Origin: Piromyces finnis finn | Taxonomy: Eukaryota; Fungi; Neocallimastigomycota | Assembly: GCA_002104945.1 (NCBI GenBank) | Contig: MCFH01000025.1 | Location: 186,001 to 250,000 of the forward strand | Direction of reading: 5' to 3' | DNA: 64,000 bases | Part shown: positions 61,744 to 64,000 of the stretch, one piece after another | Numbering within the stretch: position 1 is the stretch's first letter | Layout of the letters: every line of letters begins with the position of its first letter | The notes under the pieces: model-generated | Database searches by the model: none | Seen by the model: the letters and a program-made list of their open reading frames with translations, nothing else | Told to the model about the DNA's origin: nothing | Program-made: the position numbers and the translations under genes

Positions 61744-63024
61744 TTAATATTGACTTTTAACTTGATTATTCATGAAACCAAAATTTTTCGAATAAGCATT
61801 GGTATGATCCGAAGAATTATTAAATAATAAAGAATTTGTACTAATATTAGTATAATTTTTTATGATACTTTTACTTGGGGCAAAAGTAGGGGAACCATTT
61901 TTTGATGTTCCGCCAGCGGTATACATCATATCCTTTTCAATAGGAGGATAATTGTAATGTACAATATTACTAATATTACTAACATTTGATTTTTTGTAAT
62001 AACTATTAGTAGAAGTGGATTTACCTATACCACTATCAATATTTAAACCAAGAGATTTACTTCCATGACTATTTTTAGCATTATTAAAACTTATACTTTT
62101 ATAACCGATTAAGTTATGACCAGAAGAACCATAATTTTTAGAATTATTTCCACTTGAATCCCCGATAGAAATAACATTGGCACCGTATTTGAATAGAAGA
62201 GCATCAGTAGCTAAAATTAATACAAAAGAACTTTTAAAGCAATGGAATGGAACGGCAAGAGCAGATAAGGTTGGATTATCGATGGAAGAAACATTATTGA
62301 TAATATTGAGAACGGAGAGAAGTACACTGACAATATCAACCCAAATTAAAATGGTATAACTGGAATGTTTTATGTAGTGATTAAGGTTTGCTGAAGAATT
62401 TGCTTGACTGGTATCATGACTGACAAAGTAAAGAATTGCAAAAGTACAAATTAAATCAGCGGCAGCCATTACACCAAAAGCATAACCATGATAAGCTTGA
62501 ATTTCTTTATCACTTAAATAGCCTTTTTCCATACGAGAATGACCGATCATAAATCTGAAAATGACAAATGGAATAAAAAGTCCCAAAATAGTATATCTTA
62601 CAATAGTATTTAATTTTCCTGAAGCAAAAGCCTTCATTTTAGTTAAATTAAGATAGGGAATAGCGTATTCGGAAAGAATCCAAAAAATTTCATCCACAAA
62701 AAGTGGAACAAAGTATACTTTTGAAATACTTTCTTCTTTTTTACTTTCTTGGCAAACATAGGCAATGGTACCATTTTCAAAAATGGAACCAAGTATACCT
62801 GCTAATGAAGCATAAAATAATACTTTCCAATAAATACCTTTACCTACACTTTTATACATGAGAGCTACTAATAAAAATTGTAAAATTAAAGCATAAAAAA
62901 AGGTATCACGAAATTGATGTAAAAGTCCTACAAAAAATCCATCAAATTCTTTACCATAACAAGTTTGAGTATCGGTATCAAACCTATTTTTTAAAATTTG
63001 AATTTCCTCATTATTATTTGACAT
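61744..63024 (-). CDS. Intronless seven-transmembrane protein with an S/N/G/K-rich cytoplasmic tail (orphan receptor-like)
   Basis: 426-aa ORF with seven hydrophobic segments between FFYALILQFLLVALMY and SFVLILATDALLF, no cleavable signal peptide, and a ~145-aa polar tail. Confidence 0.8.
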   Translation of the reverse strand: MSNNNEEIQILKNRFDTDTQTCYGKEFDGFFVGLLHQFRDTFFYALILQFLLVALMYKSVGKGIYWKVLFYASLAGILGSIFENGTIAYVCQESKKEESISKVYFVPLFVDEIFWILSEYAIPYLNLTKMKAFASGKLNTIVRYTILGLFIPFVIFRFMIGHSRMEKGYLSDKEIQAYHGYAFGVMAAADLICTFAILYFVSHDTSQANSSANLNHYIKHSSYTILIWVDIVSVLLSVLNIINNVSSIDNPTLSALAVPFHCFKSSFVLILATDALLFKYGANVISIGDSSGNNSKNYGSSGHNLIGYKSISFNNAKNSHGSKSLGLNIDSGIGKSTSTNSYYKKSNVSNISNIVHYNYPPIEKDMMYTAGGTSKNGSPTFAPSKSIIKNYTNISTNSLLFNNSSDHTNAYSKNFGFMNNQVKSQY

Positions 63025-64000
63025 TTTTCAAAATAATTTATATTCTTTAGTTTTGATATTGTTTTTTTTTTTTGTTTGATTGTTTTTTGCTTTTTGATTT
63101 AGTTTTTAATCAATATTATATTATTATGTTGCTATTTAATCCTTTTTATCGTTCCTTTTTTTTTTAAAAAAAAAAAAGTGTTATAGTTTTGCTTGATAAT
63201 TATAATTTTTTTTTGTAATTTTTTATAGCTTACTTTCTTTTTATATCTTTTAGTAATTGATTCATATAAAGTTGTTTTCTTATAGATACTTTTTTCAAAC
63301 TTTTTTCCTTTTAATAATAATAATAATAATAAATTTTTAAATAAAATAAAAAAAGAAAAAAAAAAGTGCTTTTTCTATCCTTTTATAGGAGTTTATTTTT
63401 TATGGCACGCACCACACATTGTACTCCGGTATCAAAAAACAAAATTAACTTTTTTTTTATTTTTTTACTTTTTTGATCACACTTTTTCAGATTATCAAAA
63501 TAAATTAAAAAAAATGATTTTTAATTTAATTTTTAATTTATTTTAAAATTCCTTTTTTTTTTTTTTTTCGAATTTCAAAATTTAATATAAATAAATTTAA
63601 ATGGTCTACATTAATTTATTTATTTTACAATCCACTTTACCATATATTAAAATATATTAAAATGTTTTAAAAAAGAAAAAAAAAGGGAAATTTAAAAAAG
63701 AAGCAAAGGGAATAGTGACAGGTAATGACAAATAAGTAAAAAGTAAAATGACAGATTAGTTAGAAAAAGTAACAAGATATATATGTAACAAAATTAAAAA
63801 GGTCTATAAGTCATTATATAACTAGTTAAAAAGGTATGTAAATCAATTAATAGGATTATAAAATAGATATTTTAACTATAATAAAAATTAGATTTTATAT
63901 ATAAAGACGATCATTTTATTAAATATTTAAATACAACATTCCTTATTTTCTATTATTATTAAATAGAATAATTTAATAATATTGTTATTAAATAATAATA

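Overview
Very AT-rich (roughly four-fifths A+T by eye), intron-rich eukaryotic DNA with long (TAA)n/(TTA)n and poly-A/T tracts. This fits an anaerobic gut fungus (Neocallimastigomycota); the taxon is inferred from composition and gene style, not proven. Genes reconstructed by reading across GT-AG introns, in order: 3' part of a RasGAP (+); a 91-aa coiled-coil protein missing from the ORF track (+); tRNA pseudouridine synthase Pus3/Deg1 (-); OST subunit Wbp1/OST48 (+); a divergent Sec62-like gene (-); a 7TM protein (+); CLASP/Stu1 (+); NXT1 (-); a coiled-coil/EF-hand-like, probably flagellar protein (-); CSN3 (+); two low-complexity orphan genes (-); topoisomerase III alpha-type with zinc fingers (+); Sec16 (-); an accessory stretch (about 54.2-61.7 kb) holding an intronless ~565-codon pseudogene, motif clusters and long microsatellites; and an intronless 7TM protein (-). 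I saw no tRNA, rRNA, CRISPR array or intact transposon. Best leads: a GC-rich structured ncRNA candidate at 12.57-12.76 kb; poly-A/(AAT)n tracts directly before many splice acceptors; an orphan 7TM protein with a mid-TM7 lysine; the orphan pseudogene island; and a repeated YYxNE motif in the Sec16 Q/P-rich N-terminus. I cannot demonstrate a complete new multi-gene system from sequence alone.
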